A stretch of DNA of 64,000 nucleotides from Octopus sinensis (taxonomy: Eukaryota), in NCBI RefSeq assembly GCF_006345805.1, contig NC_043024.1:1488001-1552000 (forward strand). Reading direction: 5' to 3'. Under the pieces are notes generated by a model. The model was not told where the DNA came from and ran no database searches. It saw nothing but the letters and a program-made list of their open reading frames with translations. Within the stretch, counting starts at the first letter, position 1. Each line of letters begins with the position of its first letter. The position numbers and the translations under genes were made by a program. Below are positions 14,374-28,249 of the stretch, piece by piece.

Positions 14374-14579
14374 TATATATACACATATTTAAATATGTGT
14401 GTATATATATATTTAAATGTGTACTTAAATATGTGTGCATGTTAATGTGCATATATGTGTGTATATATATTTATGTGTCTGTGATACATGTGTATTTTTT
14501 TGTATTTTAGTATTTAGTATATTTTAGTGTATATGGCCTGCTTCTTCTTCTTCCCTTCAAGCTAGAACAATCGATCGGC

Positions 14580-15230
14580 CATAGAGAAAGAAAGAGAAAG
14601 ACAAAGAAACAGAGAGAGAGAGTGAGGGACAGAGTGGGAGCGAAAGACAGAACGAAACAGAGAGAGAGCGAGAGTGAGAGAAAGAATGAAACACAGAGAG
14701 AGTAAAAAGAAAGAGCGAGAGAAAGATAGAAATACAAAGACAGAGAAAAAAGAAAGAGAGGGAGAGAGAATGCAAGCAAGAGCAAGGAAGGAAGAGTGGG
14801 AGAAAAAATAGCGAGAGAGTGAGAGAAAATAGACAAAGATAGAAATACAGAGAGAGAGTAAAAAGAAAGAGAGAGTGTGCAAGCGAAAGCAAGAAAGGAG
14901 GAGTGGGAAAGAAAATAGAGAGAGAGTGAGAAAATAGACAGAGAGTAAATAGAGAAAGAGAGAAAGATAGAAATACATAGAGAGAGAAAGAAGAAAGAGA
15001 GGGAAAGACAGTGCAAGCAAGAGCAAGGAGGGAGGAGTGGGAGAAAAAATAGCGAGAGAGTGAGAAAATAGAGAAATTAGACAAAGATAGAAATACAGAG
15101 AGAGAGAGAGAAAAAATGAAAGAGAGGAGAGAGAGTGCATGCAAGAGCAAGGAAGGAGGAGTGGGAGAGAAAATAGACAGATAGAGAAACTAGAGTGAGG
15201 GAGCGAGCGAGAAGAATAAGATAGATAGAT
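14580..15230 (+). repeat. GA-rich tract containing four ~107-134 bp units
   Basis: Units start with tgcaagc/tgcatgc at 14771, 14878, 15012 and 15136. Confidence 0.85.
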
Positions 15231-15670
15231 AGAGGCTCCTGACAACGCTGCACGTTTATTTCGATCGCCGACTGCAAGCCGTAGTGTTGTGTGTATCATC
15301 CACAACACACACACACATATATACACACATATATACATACATATATATATATATATCCACACACACACACATACACACCTATATATATATATACACTCCA
15401 TATATACGCCATATTCCACTCCATATATATCTCTATGTATGTATAAAGCCGTATATCTATGTGTGTATATATAGACGATCTAGGTAGACTCTTACATACG
15501 TGCTGCTGCTGCTGTTTGCTATATATATACACATATATATACATACATGCGAGTGTATATATGTGTGTGAGCGAGTGAGGTGTGTATATATAGCTTGTAA
15601 GCTGCCAGGGAGAGCGTGTGTGTGCGTGTGTATATAGCTACATGTATGTATATGTAGCTTGTTATCCAAG
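15180..15670 (+). promoter_or_regulatory. Probable ARID2 promoter/5'UTR region
   Basis: CpG-retaining unique sequence (gacaacgctgcacg...tcgatcgccgactgcaagccg) between a GA tract and the ATG. The TSS cannot be determined from sequence. Confidence 0.45.
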
Positions 15671-15762
15671 ATGGCAAACCTTTTGAACAAAGACCCGTTC
15701 ACCTATCACCAGGAATACACGGAATTCGTTAAGGAATTACGCCAATATCACAGCAACAGAGG
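15671..15762 (+). CDS. ARID2: ARID2/BAF200 coding exon 1 (MANLLNKDPFTYHQEYTEFVKELRQYHSNRG, phase 2)
   Basis: ATG in ccaagATGG context and GG|gtaag donor. The 92 nt join exon 2 in frame. The peptide resembles the ARID2 N-terminus (human ...FLDELRQFHHSRG, from memory). Confidence 0.9.
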
Positions 15763-16461
15763 GTAAGGATGGCACATAAGAAATCAATGGATTTGTTTAT
15801 GGTTTTCATATTCGTCTGGATTCGGTGGAAGTGTGTGTATTTTGTGTGGTGGTGTGGTGTGGTGTGTGTGTGAAGGCAAGAAGAGATGGTCGATCTTGGA
15901 AACCATGTCTTCTCTCTCTCTCTCTGTGTCTCTGTGTGTGAAGAGATGGCTTTGCTTCTTATATATATATATATTGAGGATTATTTAGATGTATATATAT
16001 ATGTGTGGTGTTTTGTATTGGCGATGTTTCGGTGTGAATGGATATTTATATGTCTGTATATATGTCTATCTATGTGTGTGTCTGGTTGTGTCTTTCTGTG
16101 TGTTTGTAGCTGAATGGCTGATAGCAGAGGCAGAGAGAGAGGAAGAGGGGCACACATTCGCGTGTCCATTATTCACTTTTTACATATACATACATATATA
16201 TATATACTCTGTTATATATATTTATATATACACAGATTTTTTTTGTGGATATATTTGTATATATATATATATAAAATGTTGTATATATATATGTATAGAT
16301 GAGATGTATATATATATAGAGAGAGAGAGATGAGATGTGTGTATATTATATATATATATATAGATGATATGTTTATATATTATGTATATATATAGATGTG
16401 TGTATATTATGTATATATATATTGATGAGATGTGTGTGTATATATATATATATTTAGATGA

Positions 16462-16500
<39 letters not shown>

Positions 16501-18111
16501 ATATATATGTATATATATATATGAGATGTGTGTGTGTGTATATAGATGAGATGTGTGTGTATATATATAGATGAGATGTGTGTATATTATATATGAGATG
16601 TATATATATAGAGATGTGTGTGTGTATATATATACTTATAGAGGTATAAGTGTATATATGTGTGTGCATATGAGTTTTTTAAGTATGTATAAATGTATAG
16701 ATATATATGTAATTTTATATATATATATATACGAGATTTATGTATATGTGTGAGTTTTGTATATATATATGAAATTTTTGAATCTGTGTATATATATATA
16801 TATATGATTTGTGTGTATATACGTATATATTTATGTATATATGTATATGAAATCTATGTATATATATATATATTTTGTGTTTCAAGTTTGTGCATTATTA
16901 AATTTTATAAACTCATACACTTACGGCATGTATATATATATATATATATATGAACATAAACTTTAAAGGGAAGTGTCTACGTTTAATAATTTGTGTATTT
17001 CTGTATAAATATTTATCTATTTAGATGGACTTATATGCCTATATATATATATGTGTGTGTGTGTATAAATATGAATCAGTGTGTGTGAATATATTCATAT
17101 GTATATATACATATCTGTGTGTGTGTGTATATATATATGTCTGTACGAAAGGTATACATGTGCACATATATGTATCAGATTTCAACAAAAAAAATAGTGC
17201 CATGGCTTATATTTCTGTTTTGCCCGTTTGTTTACGTATGTTCCCATCAATAAATATACGCCTCACCACTGTCTGTCTGTCTGTCTGTCTGCCTATCTAG
17301 CCATCTGTCCATCCATCAATCCATCCATTTACCTATCTACCTATCTATCTATTTGTTTGTGCATCTATCTATCCCTCTGTCCCTCTATCTATCTATCTAT
17401 CTATCATCTATCTATCTATCTATCTATCGATCTATCTATGTATCTGTCCATCTATTTCTCTCTTTGTCCATCCATCTCTCTCTCCATCCACCTCTCTGTC
17501 CATCCATCTCTCTGTCTGTCCATCTATGTCTGTCTGTCTGTCCATCGTATCTATCTATCCATCTTATCTTTCTCTCTCTCTCTCGGTATGTACGTATATA
17601 TATATATATATGTACGTATATGTATGTATATATATATATATGTATAAATAAATATAAAAGTCACATCCAGATATGTTATGCATATATATATTTGGTCGCA
17701 AAATCCCTTAAGTGTAGTTAGTATTTCTCTCCAAAGTATATGTGTATATATACGTACCCCCCTCACTCGACAGACATAGGTCTAAGCCATCGTAATTATC
17801 CGAAGAATTGTAATTTATTTCGTTCAATGTGTATCTTTCCCAGGTCGAGGTTTGAAACTAAGACTTTGCCATTTATCGCCTTCAAGGCACACCCGAAGGA
17901 TTTCGTCTCCCGATCGCTCGCGCACACACAGAACCGAGTAACACACACATACATATACTCACATAAATATGCATATAGATACATACACACACACACACAA
18001 AATACATGAACATAAGAAGCGATTATGTTTTAAAAAATTTTTAAGGAATAAAAATTTGTTACGGAAAATGCCGAACAAATACTTTTAGTTTTGATAGACT
18101 TTCACCGAAAG

Positions 18112-18154
<43 letters not shown>

Positions 18155-18384
18155 TCCATCCATCCATCCATCCATCCATATATACGTAATGTTTTCGGCG
18201 TGGAACCCCACCATAAACCCAGGATATTCAAGCTGTTTTCATTGCCCACCCCTAAATTTTAGTGCGTGGTCTTGTACCCTTTGTTCCGAATCTATATGTA
18301 CACATTTATGTGTGTGTGTATATGCATATATGCGTGCATACGTATATATGCACACACACATACATGCACGTACGCATACATAGA

Positions 18385-18545
18385 TGTACATACATCTGTT
18401 AGATTCAGAGTCCCACATCTGTTTATTATCTGGTCAAAAGAACTGGAAGAACTACATGCGGTGGACGTTGATGCTTTCAAGAAGCACCTTGACCTTCTGC
18501 TGTCCAAGATTCCAGATGAACCTACATCAAAAGATGCCACCAATA
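18385..18545 (+). mobile_element. CR1-type LINE 3' fragment
   Basis: FRVPHLF...DVDAFKKHLDLLLSKIPDEPT. Confidence 0.7.
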
Positions 18546-19004
18546 TCACACTCTCTACTTTGCCAAAAGCCAGTCACATGAGAATGTCCTTTGAAAAGGT
18601 GATGAAAATGGTGTATATATATAGGGAGAGTTTATACAAAAAAAAAACAAAAGACGAAGACAGGTGGTAACAAAACAAACAGATGTATTAGTATATATAT
18701 ATGTATGTATATATATAGGAAATTATGTCATCGACTTCCTTTAGCTTACAGTTGTTTCTGCTATAAGATGCAATGCACACATAGTTGAATGCTTGTGTTA
18801 TGATCACTCTTATAGCTTCATTGGAGCTTCATAAATGAAGCATATTGCCTGGTAGCTTTTTGTAACTATAATTTATCAGTTTCTTCATAATACTGGCAAT
18901 GAAAGAAGCCACTTGTATGATCATGACACTCGCTTACAATTGTCTTGTTAAGTGAAGGCAAAGGGTCATGGATGCATATACACACACATATAACCACTCA
19001 CGTA

Positions 19005-19036
<32 letters not shown>

Positions 19037-19425
19037 ATGTGTGTGTGTGTGGGTATACCAATACACATATGCACGAAGGGCTTCCATAAGGTTCCTTCTA
19101 TGAAATTCATTCACAGTGTTTGGTTGGCACAATGCTATCACTGAAGATACTTGCCCAAAGTTCCACACTGGGGGTGAACCTGGAATCATGTTATTAGAAT
19201 GCAAGCTACTCAACCATAGAGCCATGTCTGTGTATGAATGTATTTACACACACACACATATATGTGATAGGCTTCTTTCAGTTTCCATCTACCAAATTTA
19301 CTCATTAAGGTTTTCGTCAGCTCAAGGTTGTAAAAGAAGACACTTGCCCAAGGTGCCACACAGTGGGTCTGAACTCGAAACCATGTTTGGAAGCAAACAC
19401 CTTAACCACATACCAATATTGTGCC

Positions 19426-19456
<31 letters not shown>

Positions 19457-19780
19457 AAAACTGTCCAACAATGGGAACGTGAAACTCTGAGTAACAGCTT
19501 TTGTGATATTCTTCCTGCTTTTTAATAAAGCATATTACTCTACCTCTGGTAATCGAGTACTATTTTTTCCTCCTTGTTTTGCATTTATGTACTTACTCTG
19601 GTTTATATATGTATATATATATAAAACAAAATAAGCAACAGGATATCATGTTGTGATCTTGTTGCTTATTTTGATTTTCTTCACCTTACTTTGAGCTCTG
19701 CTGATAATACTGGACTGACTTGGTGCTTCAATGTAAGTACCTAATTCAAATGAATCACAATTATTTCTCATATATATATA

Positions 19781-19971
19781 AAGTTAATCCAAACAAGAAA
19801 GCACAAAAAACGCAACAACGCGAGGACAAATATAGTATTATTGGCCGCTCAGGAAAGAAAGAGGGTTTAACATTTCGAGCGGAGCTCTTCGTCGGAAACA
19901 TAGGAGAAGGAAAGATCCAGAGAAGGGAAGACAGGAAAAAAATCGCCAATGGTACACACGCGGTCACATTT
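19781..19971 (-). mobile_element. Short hammerhead-bearing repeat (Penelope pseudo-LTR-like), copy 1
   Basis: Near-identical to 26096-26277 and 31883-32052, flanked by (TA)n. The Penelope assignment is inferred from the hammerhead motif. Confidence 0.55.
19865..19899 (-). ncRNA. Minimal hammerhead-like motif, copy 1 of a three-copy family
   Basis: Reverse complement: GTTT-CCGACGA-A-GAG(CTCCG)CTC-GAAA-TG-TT-AAAC. Confidence 0.5.
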
Positions 19972-20005
<34 letters not shown>

Positions 20006-21044
20006 AGTGTGACCTAGTGGTTAGGTTGTTGCACAGATGTTTGTGAGATTGTGGTTTTGTTAATTGGGCTGGGCAGTGCATTGTGTTCTTGAGCAAAACC
20101 TTTCATTTCATGTTGCTCCAATCCACTCAGCTGACAAAAAGGTGAAATCCTGTGACATCCAGTGGGTAGGAATATATACACAAAAGTATTGACCTTATGA
20201 GCCTAGAGCTTTAGGAAGGGCATTTTTTCTTTCAAGGCAGTGCCCCAGCATGGCTGCAGTCAAATGACTGAAACAAGTAAAAGGTAAAAGATGTATGTAA
20301 ATGTAAATATGTATATGTGTGTATATACAGGGTGCAAGAGATATCATCATCATCCTTAAATGTCTGTTTTTCATGCTGGCATGGGTTTGACGGTTTGACC
20401 AAAGCTGAAGAGCTGCACCAAACTGATTTGGTTTGGTTTCCAATGATTGGATGTCCTTCCTAATGCCATCCAAGACTCTTGCAGGCTAATACTCTTCACC
20501 AGAGGGAGTGACTGGTAACACCTCTGCGGTGCAGGACAGATCCTCTTGAGTGCAGCAAGGTGCCAGGTATCTCAGTCCTTTGTCATCTCATGTGAAGTTC
20601 AGAGGACACATTTGGTAATTTAATAAAACAACATTTATCCAGCAAAAATCGAAATGTAATTTTATAAAAAATTGTGCACAGGTTTTCAATAATCTTCAAT
20701 GAGATTCTTTGAATCTGCCTTCAGCTTTGATGACTGCTTCACTGAAGAATCAGAATTGTTCACATGTCTGCAATAAACAGTCCTTATTTAGTTTTGACAT
20801 CATCTGGACAGTGGCTGCTTTCATTGACCCTATGGCAGTGTGAGGCTCTTGGTTAGTCTGTGGGATTTAAATCTGGCGAGTTTGGAGGTCATCGGTTTGG
20901 TGTTATGATTATAAAGACTGTCTGACGTCCATTGTTTTGAGAAGGTGCTGAGTCTATTTGAAATGTGTATGGCCTTTTATTATATACTTCATCCATGCTG
21001 GGTTTAACAAATTGTCTGCAGTACCTTAACATATGTGGGAGTCG

Positions 21045-21290
21045 TGTACCTTAGTGGTTCAGGTGTTGGACTCATGATCATAAGATTGTAGTTTCAATTC
21101 CTAGACCAGGCGATGCATTGTGTTCATGAGCAAAACACTTCATTTCATGTTGCTCTAGTCCACTCAGCTGGCAAAAGTGTGTAGTCCTGTGGTGGACTGG
21201 CATCCAGTCCAGCTGAAGAATATATACGCCATAGAAACTGGGAATCTGGCCCTTATGAATCGGCATGACTCAAGAAGGGAATTTTACCTT
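21045..21290 (+). mobile_element. tRNA-derived SINE family D
   Basis: Head tagtggtt...gtttcaattcc. Related copies at 20010, 27655 and 29030 (-). Confidence 0.7.
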
Positions 21291-21327
21291 GTTTTTACTT
21301 AACATTTCCAGTAACATTTAGTTTTAA

Positions 21328-21535
21328 CCCTTTAGCATTTAAACCGGCCCCATATGGCCCAAATATGTTCAAACATGCCAGATCTGGTCTCTCCCACCTA
21401 CCTTATGATGTCTTTCTGAAAATAAACAATCATATCCTCAAAGTCTTGAAGCATTCAAGATAATGCCTGATTAATTAAAGACAATGTGAATAAATAAACG
21501 TTACATTTGACAGAGTAATCTGAACACTAAAAGGG
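21328..21535. mobile_element. piggyBac-type MITE
   Basis: TTAA|CCCTTTAG ... CTAAAAGGG|TTAA. A second, inverted copy lies at about 22927-23135. Confidence 0.7.
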
Positions 21536-22660
21536 TTAAGACTCTGTTGAACAATGTTTGGTGGTGGCACGATGGCATCTTTATAATTCACCACTCTTAA
21601 AACCCATCACAATTGCTGAAAACTCTGGTGACATCAGAAGGATCTGCACATAACCATCTGTCATTTCTCTTGTTCAGTCTTTGGTCAAAGTTTTTCTCGA
21701 ACCAAACTCTGACATGTTCATGAAGGATTTTCTTTTTTTCAACCTGTTGGCATGACTCAAACAGTTTTCCTGTGTCTTTGCAGATATCAACTGGCCTCTT
21801 CCCAGTACAATACGACTTGTATAAAATGTCCTCATGCACCACAGTTCCGATAGCCCACTCTTGACACCTGAAGATCTTTGGCAAAGGCCCTCATTGATTT
21901 TCTGGGATCATCATTGATAATGCTTTGAACCCATTGGATGATTTGTAGTGTCTCCAGAGTGTCTAAATGTTTAGAAAGTTTTTTTTTACTCTTTGATAAG
22001 TTGAAACATTCCTGACAGAGGCTTCCAATTCTGTCCAAACTTAGTGTTCAAAAAGCTTTGCAATGTATAGAGAGCTATTTTCTACAAGCCCTTCTATACA
22101 TAGGTCAGTTATGACTGCATGTTTTTCTTTTTTTTTTTTGTGTTAGCATTTTAGCTGCCATGGGGGATCCCAAAAGGAATAAAATCCTTTTTAATTGCTT
22201 TGAAAAGAGTAATATGCTGATAATTGTCTTCAGATATACCTCACGTGATATATGTGAATGAATATGTATATATATATGTGAATGTGTGTGTGCATATATA
22301 TACACATACACACATACAAATGTATGTGTATGTGTCAATATGTATGTATATATATATATATATATAAATCATTTAACATCAGTTTTCCATGCTGGCATGG
22401 TTTGGATAGTTTGACAGGATCCAGCAAGGTGGAAGGCTGCACCAGACTCCTGTCATCTAGATTGGCATGGTTTTTATGGCTGAATGCCCTTCCTAATGCC
22501 AACCACTTAACAGAGTAGGCTGGGTGATTTTTTTTGTATGTGGTGCCAGCATGGGTGCTTTCTACATGGCACTGGCATGGGTGCCTTTAGGTGCTTATAA
22601 ATATATTTGGAAATATATATGTATATGGATTAGGTATCATCGTTTGACATTTACATATAC

Positions 22661-22697
<37 letters not shown>

Positions 22698-22926
22698 TAA
22701 ATATATATATATTTGTGTATATGTGCAAATGTTAATATATGTGTATAAAAAGGTTTATATATACATACATATATATATATATATATAAAATATGCATACA
22801 TTTATATAGACATGTTTTATAATGTACTGGTGTTTGGGTGATTTCCTGTTGGTCGTTAAATATTTTATGCAAATTTGTGTAATTTTTCTGGTATGTTTAA
22901 TTTCCCTTTATCATTATATACTTTAA

Positions 22927-23135
22927 CCCTTACTCTCTCAAATGTAATGCTTATTTATTCATATTGTTTTGAATTAATCATGCATTACCTTGTAGCTTTG
23001 ATATTTCATTGATGTGATTGTGTATTGTTAGAAACGACCTTGTAGAGTATGTGTGAGATGCCAGATCTGGATGGTTTGAATATAAAACAAGTAGAATATT
23101 TGGGTTGGATATGGCTAGTTTAAATGCTAAAGGGC
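22927..23135. mobile_element. piggyBac-type MITE (same family as 21328-21535, opposite orientation)
   Basis: Shares gccagatctgg and tttaaatgctaaaggg with 21328-21535. Confidence 0.6.
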
Positions 23136-23399
23136 TGATAGTTCTTTCTTAATCAAATTAGAATAATGGCAAGCACTCAAAGACTGTTAGAATTTTTTAA
23201 GAACTCTGGTATTATTTGATTTAGCCATGTAAAAGTCCCCAGTTTATAACACACACATCTTAAAATTTCAATTCCTATGATAGGGAACTGGATCATACAC
23301 TTAGTATGTACTGTAAAATATCATTTTGAAAAAGCTTCCTGTAAGTTCAAGCAAAGATCAATGTATGGTTTATTATTTGCTATGCATTACTTTTCCATT

Positions 23400-23406
23400 A
23401 TTATAT

Positions 23407-23465
<59 letters not shown>

Positions 23466-23558
23466 CATATATATGTATGTATATATATATATATAGATAC
23501 ATATATATGTATGTATATATATATATTATATATATATATATGTATGTATATATATATA

Positions 23559-23596
<38 letters not shown>

Positions 23597-23634
23597 TATA
23601 TATATGTATGTATATATATATATATATATGTATG

Positions 23635-23705
<71 letters not shown>

Positions 23706-23860
23706 ATATATTATATATATATATATATATACATATATATGTATGTATATATATATATATATTACATATATATGTATGTATATATATATATACATATATA
23801 TGTATGTATATATATATATATATACATACATATATATACATATATATGTACATACACATA
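23400..23860. repeat. Long interrupted (TA)n microsatellite
   Basis: Seen directly. Similar tracts at 9990-10415, 41830-42040 and 51900-52035. Confidence 0.95.
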
Positions 23861-24723
23861 ATACATACATATACACATATATTATACATACACACACATA
23901 CATACACATTTTTGTATTACTAATCTTTATAAGCACACAATTACAGATGTTATAACATAAACAGTGGAAATCTCTGCAAAAGAGTCAGCTGTCGGAAATA
24001 TATGACTTATTATAGTCCTTACAATGTACCGTAACAGCCTCCCGTAATGATTATTTGTTTTGAAAACTTTTGTGCACAGTAATCAAATACTTTATTTGAA
24101 AGAAAATGAGATAAGTTTATATTTGGTTGACACAAGATTAAACTTACAATTTGGAAAGATGTGTTTATCGATGTGTCTGTTGAAAGTAACTTAGCAAATG
24201 TTTGGGCAATACTTTTAGTTCCAGAGGGCCAAATGGAGATGTTAAAAAGCAGTATCTTGCAGTGTAAGGGAACTATGTCGCAGTGAATAAAAATTATTTT
24301 TGTAATTGAATCACATAGTTGAAATCTTGAAGAGGAATTTATAAACCACATTTTGATAAAAAGAATATTTCAAAATTGTAATTTTTAAGAATTTTCTAGA
24401 CAGAGTAGACTTAGTAATTGCTTTCTTTTAGTAAAAGTTACACATCATCATCATATGTCTGCTATCCATGGTGGCATAGGTTGGATAGTTCAACAGGAGC
24501 TGGTCAGCTGGAGAGCTGCCCGGGGCTCCATGTCTGTTGTGGCATGGTATCTACGGCTGGATGACCTTCCTAACATCAACCACTTAGAGTTGACTAGGTG
24601 CTATCTATGTCTGTCTCTGTGTAGTTACATATGTATTTGTATGTATATAATGTACATTATGCATATATATATATACATATATATATATATTTATGTGTAT
24701 GTGTGTGTGTTTATAAAATATGT

Positions 24724-25760
24724 GCAGGGGTTGGTCAAAATAATGGAAACTGTTATATTGTATGGAGTTGGTCTCCTTTTGGTATCAATCACAGCTTTAA
24801 TGCATTGAGGAATTATCTCGTACAGCTTCTGAATTGTTTTTAGGGGAATTTTAAGCCATTCTTCAAGTAGAATCTGCTTCAATTCTATCACGAATGATGG
24901 CAGATGAAAGCAGCTCCTCAATTGCTGTTCTATGTGCTCTGTTTGATAATATTGAGATGAGATGATTGCAGGAAGTAATCCAAGTGCTCAACTTCACTTT
25001 TGTAGTGTTCATACTAATAATGTTTGATAACATTAGTTATGTCAGTCAATGCGTTACTGTTCTGGGTGATTGCTATCAGGGAATTTGTTATAGGGTGGAC
25101 ATGATCAATCAAAATACTCAGATAATAGTTTTTTTTTTGTGTTGAGCAATTAAAAGGTCGAGAATTCTGTGGCCGCCTCCATGCTTCATGTTAGGGGCCA
25201 AACAGTCAAGTTTGAAGACTTCTTTGGGCTGTCCTCAGATAACAACTTATCCTAAAGTAGGGGCGGTTAAGATGTCATTGTTCCATTGAGCCATTGACCA
25301 ATTTCTGATAGTCTAGACACCATGCTTCCTGCTTATCATTGTTGATGGGGGACAGGAGCGGTGTAACAGTTGTAATCCTTTTATGGTATCAAACTTTATA
25401 GAGCTTAGGACCTTTTTTTTTTTTTTTTTTTGACACAGGTCTGACAAGGTGGGTGCTTAGTTCTGCTGTCACTTAGATGATTTTTAGATACATGTTTCAC
25501 TATTTTGCAGGCTCTGTCTATGAATTTTGCTTTCTGTCCGAAATGCTTGCAAGAGTTGGTTTTGGAATGCCAATGAGAATATAGAGACTGTACTTCTGAA
25601 AACGTTAAACAGTTCAGTAATTTTAGAGACTGGAACTCCAGCAATCTGTGCTCTAAGAACTTGGTCCCTTTTAGAAATCAAATAGGTCACACACTTTAAC
25701 TTACTTGCAAAAAAAAAAAAAATTATCTGCAAGAAAAACCGTCGGCCATAACAGGCTACA
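24724..25760 (-). mobile_element. Tc1-like transposon, decayed
   Basis: TIR caggggttggtcaaaataatggaaac. Peptides include HTH VSKITELFNVFRSTVS, LAPNMKHGGG and the C-terminus ELKQILLEEWLKIP...KAVIDTKRRPTPY. Confidence 0.85.
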
Positions 25761-25908
25761 AGACCTGAACATAGATATGAAGTTGTGTTATTTGTCATAT
25801 TGCCAACAGGAAAAGTAGTTAAATAAAAAGTGGTGTTTTCAGTATTTTGTTCAATTTCTATATATTCTGGTGTGTAAACATTTACACACACACACATTTT
25901 TATTAAAA

Positions 25909-26003
25909 TTTAGCAGAAGTAATGGAGTGATTCAGGGTCTGAGAGTTTTGTTGCCAATGCATGAAACTCTCAGCCCTTGAGTCACTCTGTTACTTCTGCT
26001 AAA
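25909..26003. repeat. 40-bp-stem hairpin
   Basis: 35 Watson-Crick pairs, 4 G-T pairs, 1 mismatch, 15-nt loop. Confidence 0.9.
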
Positions 26004-26058
26004 TATTGATAAAAATAGACATACACTCATAGTTTGAGTTCTATTTTTCCTGTTTGCA

Positions 26059-26095
<37 letters not shown>

Positions 26096-26096
<1 letters not shown>

Positions 26097-26277
26097 AGTT
26101 AATCCAAACATGAAAGCACAAAAAAACACAACGCGACGATGTGGAACAAATATAGTATTATTGGATGCTCAGGAAAGAAGGAGGGTTTAACGTTTTGAGC
26201 GGAGCTCTTCGTCGGAAACATAGAAGGGAAGACAGGAAAAAATATCGCCAACGGTACACACGCGGTCACATTTTGAA
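26096..26277 (-). mobile_element. Short hammerhead-bearing repeat, copy 2
   Basis: Aligns end to end with 19781-19971. Confidence 0.55.
26185..26219 (-). ncRNA. Minimal hammerhead-like motif, copy 2
   Basis: Reverse complement: GTTT-CCGACGA-A-GAG(CTCCG)CTC-AAAA-CG-TT-AAAC (G12 changed to A). Confidence 0.5.
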
Positions 26278-26331
26278 TATATATATGTATATATACACAC
26301 ACACACACACGCACACACATATATATATATA

Positions 26332-27592
26332 TTGGGTTGGCAAGAAAGTAATTTCAATTTTTACAAATAGATACAGTTACAATTTTTTTTAATAACTTTT
26401 GTGTTATGATTTTTCCGTTTTGACATTTGATAGCCATTACTTTGAGCTTACTTTAAGAGAAAATTGCACATAATTTTGTTTGCAGCTGTCAGATTTAATA
26501 AGGAGTGCAAAAAACGAACATTTTCACCATATTTTGCTTTTTTATTTTTGTAAAGGGAAGAAAGCTGCTGTGGCTCACAAAGAGATCTGTGGAGTTTCTG
26601 GTGTTGATTGCTTCATAGACTGCACATGTCAGAAATGGTTTAAAAAGTTCTGTTCTGGAGATTTTTCACTCGGAGATGACCAACGTTCTGGTCGACCTAC
26701 TGAAGTGGATGATGACCGAATCAAAGCCATAATTGAATCTGATTGTCGTATAACTGCGCACAAGATTTTCAGAGAGGTCAAATGTATCACAGACAGTAAT
26801 TGAAAATCACTTAAACTGTCTTGGACCAATTAAGAAGCTTGATAATTGGGTTCCACACAAATTGAAAGAGATTCACTTAACCCGACGAAGAATCAATATT
26901 TGTGATATGCATCTCAAATGCAATGAAATCGACCTTTTTTTGAAACAAATCATCACTGGTGGTGAAAAATGGATTGTCTACAGTAACATCAGTCGAAAAC
27001 GATTATGGTCCAAGCATAACGAACCGGCATTAACCACATCGAAAACTGAATTGCATCAAAAAAAAGGTCATGCTGTGAGTTAGGTGGGATTACAAAGGTG
27101 ATGTGTATTTTGAGCTGTTTCCAAGGAACTAAATGATCAATAGAGATGTACAGCTAATGACACTGGAGGAAGCAATCAAAGAAAACCGGCCAGAATTGGC
27201 AAATCGTAAAGGAATCATGTTCCTCTATCACAACACTAGACCCTGCATGTCTTTGCTAACTTGTGAAAAATTATTGGAGCTTGGTTGGGAAGTGATGTCA
27301 CATCCACCATACAGCCCTGACCTTCCACAGTCAGATTACCATTTATTTCAAAGTTTGCAAAATTCTTTGAATGGTAAAACTTTCAATAATGATGATGACC
27401 TGAAATCACACTTCTTCAGTTTTGGGCTGATAAGGACCAGCAGTTCTACGAGCACGGAATCATGAAGTTGCCAGAAAGTTGGTAAAAAGGTCATTGAACA
27501 AAATGGAAAATATAGAATTGATTAAAGTTCATTCTTTGCATGAAAAGAAAAATAACTTTTATTTCACACTTAAAAACTGAAATTACTTTCTT
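26332..27592 (+). mobile_element. Mariner (DD34D) transposon, near full length, pseudogenised
   Basis: TA + TIR ttgggttggcaagaaagtaatttca, with a partial right TIR. ORF pieces include HTH DDQRSGRP, ITGGEKW and HPPYSPDLPQSDYHLF. Confidence 0.93.
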
Positions 27593-28249
27593 TATATATG
27601 TGTGTATATTATATATATATTTATATATATATATATATATATGTATATATAGTGGAGGCATGAGCACGTGGATGAGTGGTTAGGGTGTTGCACTCATGAT
27701 TTTAAAATTGTGGTTTTACTTTCTGGACTGGGTGACATATTGTGTTTTTGAGCAAAACTTCATTTCACGTTGGTCCAGTCTACACAGTTGGCAAAAATCT
27801 GTAATCATGTGCTGGGCCTGTGTTCTGTCAAGGTGGGGACACTATGTATGCCGTAGAATCTAGGAGCCTTTGCCTTAGGAAGGAACTTTGATCCTTTTCA
27901 TATACACATGCATACAAATATTTGTATACATTCATATAAATTGAGTGTGTGTATTTTATTCTTTTACTCATTTCAGTCATCTGACTGTAGCCATGCTGGA
28001 GCATTGCTTTGAAGACATATATATGCCTATATATATCTATATGCTTCCATCATCCTTGTTTAACATCCGTTTTCCTTGTCATGAGTTGGATGGTTCAGCA
28101 GGAATTCATTAGCCAGAGGACTGAATCTGGTTCCAGTGACTGCTTTGGTTTCTATGGCTGAATGCCCTTCCTAATGCCAACCAATTCGCAGAATGTACTT
28201 AATGCTTTTTTTTTTCCCCCAGGCCTCAGCGCCAGTGAAGTCACAAAGT

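Larger units (their letters stand above)
20590..22050 (-). mobile_element. Tc1/mariner-superfamily (maT/DD37D-like) remnant interrupted by a SINE and a MITE
   Basis: Minus-strand peptides EKNFDQRLNKRNDRWLCADPSDV and PPNSPDLNPTD...AVIKAEG. The subfamily is inferred. Confidence 0.65.

Noticed and set aside
23960-24360. Stop-interrupted protein-like sequence, possibly LINE ORF1 (similar impression at 61100-61450)
   Set aside because: No motif that I can name with confidence; it would need a translated search against TE protein libraries.
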